DNA of 48,688 nucleotides, filler included, from Sphacelaria rigidula (Eukaryota): assembly GCA_964200075.2 (NCBI GenBank). It is 3 parts of 3 records of this genome, joined end to end, with 100 filler letters (N's around TTAATTAATTAA, not from the genome) between each part and the next. Parts side by side here need not be neighbours in the genome. Positions count along the whole stretch, not along the records: positions 1 to 16,170 come from CAXNAA020001456.1; positions 16,271 to 32,430 come from CAXNAA020001457.1; 1 more part is not named here. The stretch is one strand, 5' to 3'. The position numbers were made by a program, and so were the translations under genes. This document shows positions 12,901-25,500 of the stretch, piece by piece. The notes beneath the pieces were generated by a model. The model was not told the DNA's origin and ran no database searches. It saw only the letters and a program-made list of their open reading frames with translations. Each line of letters starts with the position of its first letter. Positions within the stretch are counted from its first letter, which is position 1.

Positions 12901-14379
12901 AATCATGCTTCACACCCGGAAGAGACTACATACATCCCGTGGCAATAGGGCGTGCGGGAATGAGTGTAAGGTATGTTGGGCGTGCAAGATACGGGTGGGA
13001 CGACAGGTAAAATACATACCGACGCGCTTCATATATCGTGTGTTCGATGTGACATGTACAAACGAAAATGAAACTTCGTATGAATCGCATTTTGTGAACT
13101 CGCTGGTGCTATCCCACAACACATAGCCAGGTGCACAACGCCTCCAATATAATGTCTACGGTGCGTGTCCGACACGTGTTGCTCCTACAAAATATCGATC
13201 GCCCGCGGTGTACAAAATAGATGTGATGCCAACAGCATCTTTTGCGTACTTTGTGTTCGAGATACACCGGTGCAAGGGCACATGATGTTTCCTGTTGACA
13301 CGATACATGCCCACCTACCTGTCGGTATTTACACCGCTGCCAAGTGAAGTACATATTGAAATATGTTCATACGTCGGATAGATCATTATCCGTGTTACCT
13401 GGGTTGTACAGGTGGAGGGTGAACACACTTGTGTGTACGATTCGAACGACGCAGTGCGACTGTTTATGGACGGGTCCTCGTGTTCCGGGAATCAACAATC
13501 TCTAGGGAGGTATGTTGTACGAGTTATGAGGTAGCACATGCTATTATTGGCGTTTCGAGTATATCTGATTCGGATAACACAGGTGTACCGAAGGATGTGG
13601 TGTATGGGCAAACAGAGTGTACAAACCATTCGGCGTAAACCCCGGTACAAATTTTCGGGTCTGGCAGATCACCATTAAGTGGACCTGTACGAATCACACA
13701 GGTCACATAGATCGTTCACCAGGGCATGTGTGTCGAGCAACGGGGTTCTTCAGGTCACCAGCCGAGATAATTGTATAAGGTTCGGTACACGGGTCACACG
13801 GATATTTACACTGAGAAACACGTTGTGTTTGTTTGCGGAGCGGTGTTTTTTTTTTTTTTTTTTTTATACGAGCCGGGCCAGCAGTAAATAGCACACCATA
13901 ACATATTAAGTTCACCAAATCAGCCCGACTGAAGCATATCGCTGTGAACTGCAGACCAACCTGGTAACGCACGGCACCGCTGCTGGGTAAGAACAAATGA
14001 AAAACAACTTACGGCATAATGTATAACCTTACCGACGGAAAAAGAGAGACACGTAATATATCGGGATTCGAAGTCGTGACCTCCATGACTGGAATCTCCT
14101 GTATCACTTGGATTAAAGAAGCGCAGCGGTGACAAACAAAACTTGCCCGCCTGGGCCGAGTTTCAGGGGAGTTTCGGCCGAAATTGCACCACGATCTCCT
14201 GCACACGAGTACGCACAACAACACGAGATATGCCGATATATTTATTTATTTTCACGGAGTCGCGAAGTGCTTGAATTTCTCCAACTTTTGCAGATACTTC
14301 GAATCGCTCTCACTTTCTTCTTCTCTTCTTTTCGTGGCTCCCGTGTAATGTTGTGCTTATTGATGAAATAAATGTCGTG

Positions 14380-15609
14380 TCACAATTCCAGCGCCCCACT
14401 TCTCGAATTATCCACAGCCGGGACCGGAAACATTCGAGAATCACTGTCAGCTGGCCCAACTCGTAGCTGTTTCTCAAGTTCCATCTGCACGAGAGAGTTT
14501 GTTTCCCTTCGCTTGTTAGCCCTCCTGCCCTCCTCCCTCACTCCAGACTCCTGGGTTGGCGTCGGGTGGCAACGACACTGTAAAACAAACCACCATGACC
14601 CATACATGAAGTATACTGACTGTCACCGTACATATTCCATAGACAGACCATAGACAAGAATTCCCCATACCCACAGATGTGCTAGACATGGCATCACCCC
14701 AAATGACCAATGTTGTTCCCCCAAAGTAACACAAACCGAATATAGATCGAGATGAGCAAAGCTCATTATGTATTTTTCATGGTTACATGTTCTTCTCTCA
14801 ATTCTCTTGTTTCTTCATTTTTTCCTTCGCCGTTCTTCTGTTTCCCTCTTTATTTTTCACGTTATCCCCCCCTCCTCCGCCCTTTTTCTTGTCTTTCGTT
14901 TGCCATATCAGAACACAACTCGGTCATCAACATGAAAGAAGTAACCGTACCATGTGATTTTCCACGCTATCGGAGTACAGAGCAAATATAGAGATGGAAG
15001 AACGAAGCTAAACACTTCTTTTATATGCGTTACCAGAACACAGTCCAGACATGGGCATGAGATAACGAAGCGACCCACTACTTTTCTTTACGCTATCAGA
15101 ATCTTGCTCGAAAATAGGTATGGAATAATGGATGTGGCAACCTTTTTCTTCGTACTATCAGAACGTAACTTGGATATAGACACGAAATTATAGTAATCTA
15201 TTTTTCGCTTTCACCACCACATCATAGCTCGGACATAGACGTGAAGTAACGAAGTTCATCACTTTTTTTCATCATTTTCCGGAACACAGCACGGACATGA
15301 CGTGAAATAACGGAAATATCACGCGTGTTTCCCAATACCAAAACGGAAAGCAATTGAGATCCTTCCCCCCATAATTCAACAAAGAGCACAACCCAGACAA
15401 GTGATTGCTTGAAGGCTGGCCACCTCACACGCAAATATAAAACATTAAATATATAACGAGTATAGACAGGATAAAGTAACCCCGATATATATGTTATATT
15501 CACAATGTTGTGTCTCGTGGTGCCATACCCAGAAACCTCTCCCGTTGGACGGTGATGATCCGGTGGGGCGTTCTCCTCCAGGTCTCGACTTTGGGCGCAC
15601 AGGCGTCAA
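14380..15609 (-). CDS. Putative last two coding exons of an unidentified gene (15609-15529, 14577-14380)
   Basis: Splice sites ctcccttcag|TTG...TGG|gtatgg and ttgttttacag|TGT join in phase 0 to give LTPVRPKSRPGGERPTGSSPSNGRGFW-CRCHPTPTQESG...GALEL*. No recognisable domain. Confidence 0.35.
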
Positions 15610-16170
15610 CTGAAGGGAGCGATGGATATTGCCCAACGGAAACGTTCAGACTTACGGCACTCATGAAACAAACACCTCGGCAATTACCGACCACATTACC
15701 GAAAATGAGGAGCACCGAGCGGTACTTCGATATCTGGAGATCTTGACGGGATGGATGTTAAGGAATACGGTAGTCGTGTCGACCGTTGTACTCCTATTGG
15801 CAGGTGACTGCAGAGGTTGGTGCAGGCAGCTTTATGCTGACCTCGAGGAGTGAACACCGCAGGTGTCTGAACACGAATGTATGTTCATTATCACTAATCC
15901 ATGTAGCAGATCCCAAACAAACAGACAAAACGTCCCACACGGGGAGAGCCTCAACAAGAGAAGTGAAGAGAAGTGATGAAGAGTGAGACCATGTGGGATG
16001 GTCACAACAAATATCGCTATTTTGCTACCGTCTCGAACAACCAATCGGTGTTCCCATATTAGGAATCGTTCTCGAGAACTCTCTCTGTCGCATGCTCCGC
16101 CAAATCTAGAGAACGTATCCAACCGCCGAATTTATTCATCTGGCAAGTTCTTGACTGACTTGCGACTACT

Positions 16171-16270
16171 NNNNNNNNNNNNNNNNNNNNNNNNNNNNNN
16201 NNNNNNNNNNNNNNTTAATTAATTAANNNNNNNNNNNNNNNNNNNNNNNNNNNNNNNNNNNNNNNNNNNN
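16171..16270. other. Artificial contig spacer (44N-TTAATTAATTAA-44N)
   Basis: N run containing a six-frame stop linker; identical to the spacer at 32431-32530. Confidence 0.97.
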
Positions 16271-16384
16271 TTTTTCCCTCGTAAACACTCGCCCGCTTGC
16301 CTTTTTGGGTTGCGGGCCCCACCCCTGGGGCCTTTTTTTTTTGGAATTGTACCCCCCCCCCCCCCCCCCCTATTGTAGCATGAC

Positions 16385-16406
16385 TAGAGAGAGAGAGAGA
16401 GAGAGA
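16385..16406. repeat. (GA)n microsatellite
   Basis: agagagagag... run. Confidence 0.9.
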
Positions 16407-17205
16407 TCACGGGTTTATTTCGTTACTGTCATTATTACGATTTGTGATTTTTCCAGATCATCCAGACTCGATGCCACAGATGCTTCACATCCAAAGCCTT
16501 GCTTTTCTGTTGTCCCACGCGAGAGTCACGAGATGAAGCCAATCCTCCTGGAGAATTCTTTGGAGATCAAGCGCCGGAAACGAGTCGATCTTCATTTCCT
16601 GGTAGTGTGTGAAAACACTGGCTTTCGGTATTTCTAGCCGGTCTTTTGAAACCCTAAACAGCGACCATAAACGGCACCTATCGTTGAAGCCACCCTAACC
16701 CTCTAAACTTTACCGCCATCTTACGCGACGCGTAAACTTTGAACTCACCGCAAACTTAGCGCAATTCACAGCGCCAATGCTTCTGTATCACGAATACTGA
16801 ACAGATTGCGCATTTCATGGCCGATCCTACATCCTACCATAGGCGCTGACCCCAGAGTTTGTCCACATACTATATTCTGGACCTGCGAAGACAGATACGT
16901 GCTGCCGAGTCTCGTATATGCAGTAATTCTTCTACACCCCAACCCCCAACCCCCAACCCCCAATACGTCTCGAAAGGGATGCGTGGTCAATGGTCAAATG
17001 ACTAAGGCAAGCAACAAATGAGTACGCCCCCCCCCCAACCCCCAATACCCCGAATCAAGTTGTCTTAGCCCTAGCCCCGGCTGTGTTTCGCAAACGCTTG
17101 CGTTGACCCAAGTTCTACTTGGCACTAACTGTTTCCCAAATCCGCGGCCTGACACCAAGCGATACCTCTTCGCTCTTTCTGTGAAACCCGTGGACTATTG
17201 TCTAG

Positions 17206-19288
17206 GACAACTGCGAGGAGCGAGAGCTGTGCTTTTATGCCCTCTGTGAGCAAGTTTCGCTCCGAGTGTCAAGTATAGGAGAAACGCACGTTCCTGGAAA
17301 TAAAGGTAGACCAGATGGTGTTCCATCTACCGCGCATTCTATCGCAGAATCTACCACGCAAAATGCCGTACCCGCGGGATCCACGGTGGAGGAGGCCGTG
17401 TCATCAAAAATTTCGGTGGAGAATTCGGTGGTCAGTCACTTGTTGTTCCATCCGACATTGCTCGCAAGGTGATGGTGATCTCAGCGCCTATTCCCGCTTG
17501 TATACGTTGTGTTGTGTGTAGAATACTTCGTAGGATAAAACCCCGACCCTCCACGTTGTCTCCTTGTGACCCAATATTCAGTAGGAGTCCACTTGAAGAA
17601 CAGTCTGAATAAGCTTCCCGATGTCAGCATATATCAGGGGGGGGCATAGTGGATCTCTAACGTACAAATAAGTAATCCTAGGGAAAGGGCAGGGTGTCGC
17701 ACCAAGTACTGGGGTTTCATGCGGATGTTATACAGCCCCAAACCCTCTCTACGAGTAGGTTTGTAGCTGAAAGCGTTGTCGAGCGGTGCACACGTGCGTG
17801 CTTTTTTGCTGCTCAGAGCCGCCTGATATGAGCTTTGTTGCTCGCGCTGACACCTTGACGTCGCCCATTCATGCGATGAGTGGTTCGATCCACGCCTCTC
17901 ACCTCACAAGAGCACTCACGTGAGAATAGGTATCGGCCGGTAGAATTATTACAGTTATACACGTGGTGGGCACCACGGCAGTAGTGTGCTTCAGCACAAC
18001 ATGAAGGCCTAAGAAAACTTTGAATTCAATTCCACTACCTACGTTGACTAACCGTGAATGTCATGAAAATTCTGCAGCACCCGCCGAGAGCATTTCACGC
18101 TAAGCAACGGCACTGTCGGAGATGTTCGGATTCGCTGGCAGATATCCAAGGTGTCCGAAACGTCCAGTGAGACACAAGGGACTGGGAAACAGAAAATATC
18201 GCAAATTTTCACGTCAATTGGAGCGTCTCCCCCATTTCCAATAGCTGCTAAAGATGATCAAAAGGGCGTCGCACCAGAAGCCATCCTAAAAACTACATCT
18301 GCTTCAGAACGCACCTGGCAAAACGGCGCCGTCTCGGGACTCCTGCCGACGACCGGCGGTGGATCCGGGAACATTGTGGAAAACGGCGCCGGTATTGGGC
18401 GTGAACGTGCAGCATTGCTATCATCAGTAGGTGGTGATGATCCTCACATCAGTGAGATGGGGTCTGAAGAGAGGGAGGGGACAGAACCGCATGCTACACC
18501 GCTAGGACCGTTCTCTGTGATCCCCGAGTTTGCGACTGTTCCGGCACACGGAGAATGCGCTTTCGAGGTGGCGTTTTCGCCCAGGATGATGGGATGTCGC
18601 GGGTGAGTTATGGTGATTCTACGCGGTATACACGTGGAGGTGCAGGTTAGAATCATACTTCTGGACGTGCCAGGCGTTAGATAAGTGGTGATCTATGTAG
18701 CGTTCCACTTGCTTTAGTACCGGGGGAATGTAGACGTGACGTCGCCCCGCTGAGCAGGAGAAAGCGCTCATCGTTGTTGTACTCCACCGCAGCTGTCCGG
18801 TTTCTGATTCGCGGCTTTTCATCCTGGATATCAGAAGCTATCCGTACTTCCAACAACTGTACTATGTCAAAATGAGGATGCGGTCGAACCAAGGTCAAGC
18901 ATTTGAGGCACGTCAAAACTCATGGAGTTTTGCTAGTCTCACAAGAAGCCACGATCGTCAGTACGCCAAGCGTGCACTCTATGCGTCTCCACCCCTCTCC
19001 GTCTCTCTGTGCACATTGTCATTCTCAGAACGTTCGCGGCAGTCGCTGTAGTGGAGGGCGTGCCACCAGCTTCATCGTCTTGCCATACCCCAACGGCGAG
19101 GTTGGTCGATGGCCTTGTCGCAGACGCTGCCGTCAGTGGTGGGTCTAATCTCGACACTCGAGTCAGGTGATACCATAATGACTGTAATACATGTGTGGAT
19201 TCCCGAGCATCTTGTAATAATAGTAGTAGTAATAGTAGTAGTAATAGTAGAGTGGTAGTAGTAGATTAGTAGTAGTAGTAGTAGTAGT

Positions 19289-19326
<38 letters not shown>

Positions 19327-19331
19327 GAGTG

Positions 19332-19395
<64 letters not shown>

Positions 19396-19449
19396 AAGAA
19401 GTAGAAATAGTAGTAGTAGTAGTAGTAGCAGTAGTGGTAGCAGCAGCAT

Positions 19450-19518
<69 letters not shown>

Positions 19519-22500
19519 TAGTAGGAGGAGATCGACGAGAGGGGGAAAGAGCAGGAGCAGGAGCAGCAATAGTAGCAGTGAAACGCGTAATCGCAGTCGT
19601 AGTCCTAGTAGCAGTGGTGCTTGTGGTGTGGAATGGTGGTAGCGGCTACCGCTAGGTAGAAAAGGTCTGATCATTGCCCCAATCGTTGCGGCAGAACGTG
19701 TGCTGAGGAACACTAGGCCACCTCTCTAGGAGAGCACTCTGCAGGTTTCAGGTCAAGGAAGGTGACCCCGTCGGGAAAAACACCCACGAAATGGCGTCAA
19801 TCCCCCCAAACCCTAGAAACGCATTCTTGGTCACGGGAGCGATGGTAAATATGAAGTGGTGTTTCGTGCTTGCAAAGTAGTGCGATCTTACCCCCCCTTG
19901 TCGTGCGTCTCTGGCTGTGGGTGCATGCGTCATTCCTGCCAGATGCTTCCTTCGTTCGAAGGATCCCGAGGGACAGGGGCGAATCCCTCGCGAAGATCTT
20001 ATTCAGTCTCTCAGGGGTCTTCTGCCCGATCTGCAAGCCGTTGCGAACAACGATGGCGAGAAGGTGTGCGCACAATGCTCCATACTTCCTAGTAACGCGT
20101 GATATGTACAAAAGATCGGTACGTCTCACCCGGCAATCACCGACCTTATTTGCTGATCGGCCCTGCGGTACTGCAGATCAAGTCTCATGTACTTTTAGGT
20201 AGTAGTAGTGCAGATGGCTTCACTCGTGCCTCATAGCGTTACGGGTTTGAAACGGACATAAAGTTTATGATACACCTCCCCATGAAGTGGATGTCCGCTT
20301 GCATGCAACGCCGAAAGCACCAAGTTCATGTTTCCAAGGTGAACCTTCGAATTTTGCTCTTCATGCAGCATGCACGAAACGTCCGCTAGCATTCAGTCAA
20401 TTCGTTCGTTAAAGGGTACGAAGATGCGCGGAGCATCAAAGCCCGGGGTAAACCAGATTCATTGAAAGCCGCCTCGTACTCTCTGGTCGTGTCAGCGTCG
20501 CAGGGCTTATCAATAAAATACATCTCATCCGTACATGGCACATCAATGTCGTCGTTCCGCTTTCTAAAACCCCAAGATTCTTCAGCATTGACAGAATCAC
20601 GTCACTCATTCGTATACTGCTGGTTCCGGTGTAACTACAGAGAGTGAAAGAGTTGGTGGAAGACGCGATCCAACGGTTATATTGCGACGATGATCCAAGT
20701 ATCAGCAGAGGAGACGACGACCTTCGTATAGGCGCGGCCGATGCGGCAGTTGCGATTGGCCCGGTGCTGCAGAAGATGGTCGCTTGCGCTCTAGCAGGGA
20801 GAAGTTTGGAGGAATTGGTGGCAGTACACCGAACGGACGTCCTGGGGCTACAGGCACGACCGCACACACTGCATGACAATGGTGTTTCATTTTCGTCGTA
20901 GTATTACCGAAACTGGTTATAATCTCGACAGTTTGAAGTGGGAGCATGGGGAAGTCAGCGGTTCTACCATCGATTGTTCCCGTTTCTGGTATTCAATAAA
21001 ATGAGGCGCAGTAGCGATGGATCTCAGCAGGGCTTTTAAAGCCGTTTGCACACTTGAACGGCAAACGCATTTCAGGACTTCCTTTTCCGTGTAAGGGGAG
21101 GGGGCAAGGTGCTCGTGGAACGACTGGACAGATGGTCCGTTCGCCCGTCGTTGGAAAAGCAAACATACGCGAAGATAGTGTGGGGCTGCTGTCACAACCA
21201 AGAAACTCGAATGATTGGGGAGGAGAATACTGCTCCGAAACCTAAATATTTTTTAATACCAAATCTGCACATTATTTTCGTCATTAGTTAAGGGGTCCAA
21301 CTATGAGGGCTTTGGCCGGCGGAACTCGCACGTTGGCTGTACACTCTCAACTCCGTTTCTACCAGGCGCTTTGATGAACGATATCAACTGTCAAGTACTC
21401 ATGACTGAGGTTCGCCGCTCCACCGTGGGGGGGGCGGATGCCACAGCTGTCTCCGCTCCAAGGAAGCTGTGCGCGTACCCACGGGAAAACTAGTTTTAAG
21501 TGGTGAAAGTGTCCTCAAGGTTCCAGGAATAATAAGTCACCATATACGCGAATCCAATGCCGATGCTATTTGGCGCAATCTAGATTCCTGATGAGATGCG
21601 CGAGCGTTCCTGCCGAGCGAGAAATAGCGTGATGACACCGATGCGCGCAAAAAGCGATATTGCTTTATTTTCACGAGTGTTTCATCCATTTATTTTTGTA
21701 CACGTACCTTCTCCAGGACAACAGACCACATGGTATGTGACGTCTGTTTTCGACATACAGGTACTGTATGCAGATACGTCATATCACACGTAGTTCGGTG
21801 CCATAGTACGCTCGTAGCGCCCTTTGAACCACGACGCGGTACCGACATCACCGAAACACGACATTTACGCACACCTCATTAGACGACAGCATAAATGAAA
21901 AACATATCTGGATCCCAGTGTTTGCCTCCTTTACCTATCTGTTTCCTTAACCTGTCTTCAGCACGTGTTTCCAGTCTGTTTCTATCTCGGGTACGTCTAT
22001 CATGTTGCCACGAACGAATCCCTGTGAGGTCAGCTAAGGCGCGACAAGCAGGTCAAAATCAATCAATGTGTATAAAACAGCGCGCCTACCTCGCGTATCA
22101 TCAGTGGGAGCTTGTTTGTATCTCTCATCTCTTCCACTACAAGGAAAGCCTGGCTGCCTGCTATCATCGGTACACAAACAATCTTGCTTTCCACATAGCG
22201 ATCGGTTAGCAAACCCATGTATGTGGAGAACCAAAGCTCAGCGCACGCGTCTCGTGGCTTCAAGCCTTCGGTGCCTTGCCCTTGTTGTAGACCGCCCGAA
22301 ATATCGCCCGAGTGACTTCAAATTACGAGTAAACCTACGGGTTATTCTCTTTCAATTTATAAGGTCTAGTCCTTAAGCAAACACGTGTGTACGGAGGGAG
22401 GCCCAAAGCTCAAAGTAAGTGTCTGGTGGCTTTGAACGTCGGGTGCCTTAAACTTGTTGAAGGCCATTCAAATATCGCGCGAGTGACTGCGTATGACTGG

Positions 22501-25500
22501 TAAACCTACGGCCTATTCTCCTTCAACTGTAAGGACGACTAGCGGAGTGTTGACATGAAACTGGTCGTGAAAGCATCACGACGGGCCCCGAGGTTAATCA
22601 GTGGTGAGTGCACGAATTGTCTGTTTTCTCCTACCTATGGGCACAGGTGCTATTGACGGGGTCAGGTGAGCCGGCCAGGCTATCGCTGCAGCCACCAATG
22701 CTGGAGGCCGCCGGCAGTATCCCGTGCGGAGTGTCGGTAGATCTCGATTTCGAGGTCTTCAATGACTCGGGGGTAAGAACGTGTGCCACGAAAATAGCAC
22801 CGAAACGAGAAATGTGAATGTGCACACACGCGTTCATGCGTCCTTGTATACCCAGGCCGAACTCAAAGTTCTTCATCTACCTTTCGTGACATAGCATGTC
22901 ATATCGCAAGTCAATAGTGCATGTACGTGAATCACAGGTAGAATGTCCGCTTGCAGTCCTTGGCTGCCGCATTTACAGACAAACATTGCACCACGGAGGG
23001 AAACAACAGACGCCGCAGAGTTCTGTAGAAAACGGATGGGGCTTTTGTGTAGGGTAAGTGTTCGCATCTTCAACGTTCCTGTGCTGAGATACGGTGTGTG
23101 TACCGTTAACGCGTGTTTAGGGGGGATGGATGTGATTGACATTGGTGACATAATACTCGTATAAAATCCTTAGGGGCGCACCACAGCGCAACAAAGCGTG
23201 AGCGAGACCGCTGCTGATTTTTCTGCCTGATTTCCGGGGGCCATACAGCAAATCGATGGCGCGAGTGTGCGGGGCAAACACGGCAGGGTCATAGGAAAAT
23301 ATCGTGCTGGAAGCGCACTACGCTGTTGTTAAGATATTGCGCGGTGGAGTAAGCAGGTTTGGAGCATTTTGGAAAACATTCACGAGCTTCCTCTAGCAAG
23401 CGTGTCCGTTTATTACGTACCGTGGGTATCTATATCTTGTGAGCACGGCCGGATTCCTAGGTGATCACCTCACGTCCGAAATTCAATTCAAGGATTAAGG
23501 CCCATTATTTATCGGCACAGTTTATTCGGGGACCTCCGAATTTTCCAGACTTGTGGGACTCTGCGTTCGGGCTTCTCCGGCGATGAATTGGCCTGTTTTT
23601 TTCTCTGAACCTCCATTTTTGGACAAGCCTGAAAATTTAGGACTGCAACTTAGCACTTAGGATAGCTGCCCTGTGTGTACGCCGTGGGGCTCACAAGCTG
23701 TCGACAGTCATCGGTTCCCCAAATTTCGGAGATCTCCGAAAAAAGAACAGTGTCGACAGTAATGGGCCCAATCAAACCTTCGGGGTGTGTAGTGGATTGA
23801 AAATGGAATATCGTGTATTTCTCCGTGATTAAGGGTACTCTTTGTTTGACAAGCGATGGCTCAAATGAAGCACATCGGCAGGGATATTAGGACCAAACAC
23901 GAAAAACGTAAAGCCAACGTTGGCGCCGTGCGTATCCCTGAAGGAAAATTCCGACCGAGTGCTTACGTACCGTCTCGGCCCACCAGAATAGTGCTAGTGT
24001 TCATTTTGGGCCGTCTGGTTTCGACGAGGTTCTTTTTGGCCAAGGTAGAAAGTTAGTATACTCGGGCTAGCCCAAGCGACAATGCGCTAGTCGACCCTGT
24101 ACGGCAGTCTTGGTTGTTCCTGTTGGTAGTCTGGTGGGAAACTCTTCGCCGATTCGAACCACGCTGACGCCTGTTCCACACCTTTCGGGGGCCACATTCC
24201 GTGCAAACCTTGTTGTTTGTCTGACCCGCCCCTTCATGCGTGCCGTGGCTCACTCGCATATGCATCTTGCGGATCCGAAGACGGGTCGTACGCGTTCCGC
24301 CATCTCATATTCGTCTTGCGTCCCAGGCGCCGACCGAATTCAGCTTCGATCTGGATGCGGTGACGGTCGATCGGAAGAATGATGAACTCTCTGTCCCGAG
24401 CGGCTCCCTTACGGCGGTAACATCCGCTGGCGTACCGGTGAGTATATGTGGCAGCAGTGCTGTCGGCAGCATCTCCTGAAACACTTGTATCAAATCCCTG
24501 AAGGCTGAAACGCCAACATAGTCTGCCTTTGTAGCTCGTGGAAAATGCTATCGTGGGGTGTGAGATTCAAACGCCCTTGCCGCGATACTTCGAAGTATAT
24601 GTACTGGTATCAAGTCGGGGGTACAGTAATCGAGTCCCTTAGACGGACCTTCATATCGATGACCTACGGGAAAGAACATGATGCACGCACAAAAGACCCC
24701 AATATATCGCTCGTGGGGTTTTCTAGGCGATATGAACATCCACAGGCTGTGTTTGAAATGACGACAAAGTTGGTCACTCGAAATGCCCGTGAAGGGTAAG
24801 ATGTTCCCCTGTCCTCGGTATTAGCAGGGGATCTCAGAGCTTCCTACTCCCGAGTTCGCGGAGTACCGGCTGCTGAAACCAATGGATATCCCGAAGTATC
24901 TGGAGTATCGACGTGTGAAAATTATGCGGGGTACCTGTTGTATCTCTCGTGTTCTACCCTACCCGAAGTGCACCTTTCTAACCAACCAAGTCACCTCCAC
25001 TACGCATGCGACGCCGTTGCAAAACCTTCCGAGGAGGAAATGTCCCGAGCGAATATCTGTGTGCGAACGATACCCACCTCGTTCTTTCCTTGGCCACTAT
25101 TCCCCGCGAGCGCGAAATATTCGCGGGCCTTCACAACTGCACGAAGGAGTACTCGTACACCAAACCCGAGTCACAACACGTTAGAGGTGGTGTGTATTAT
25201 AACACAAATGGCCACCTACGTAGGTCCGACGGTAAAGTCCCACGACAAACGATCGAGCGAAATTTTTCGTTCCCACTGAAGAAATATATTCTACCGCGCT
25301 TTGTTCAATGCCTGATGAGACGCATGTAGCAGAGTTCAACCTTGGGAAGTGCTATCGGTATCTCCCCCCATACGAGCTCGTTATTGATGTTGCTGTACGC
25401 ACTCCCTTGGTTGTCACGCTCACCACATCAGTCATTTGGCCGTCTGCTTTGCCGTCCTTCCAGGGCGAAACTCCCAAGGGAGCGTTTGATACACGAATGA

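Noticed and set aside
16457..16601. Additional upstream DLEC1 exon (PCFSVVP...HFL)
   Set aside because: Spacing is suggestive but the expected F.L..G...V.F.P motif is missing and the donor is weak; left unresolved.
14380..17468. Divergent gene pair or shared promoter between the minus-strand gene and DLEC1
   Set aside because: They are separated by an artificial contig spacer and neither 5' end is present.
19072..19713. 213-aa poly-Leu ORF and 108-aa poly-Val/Ala ORF
   Set aside because: These are translations of an intronic TAG/CAG microsatellite.
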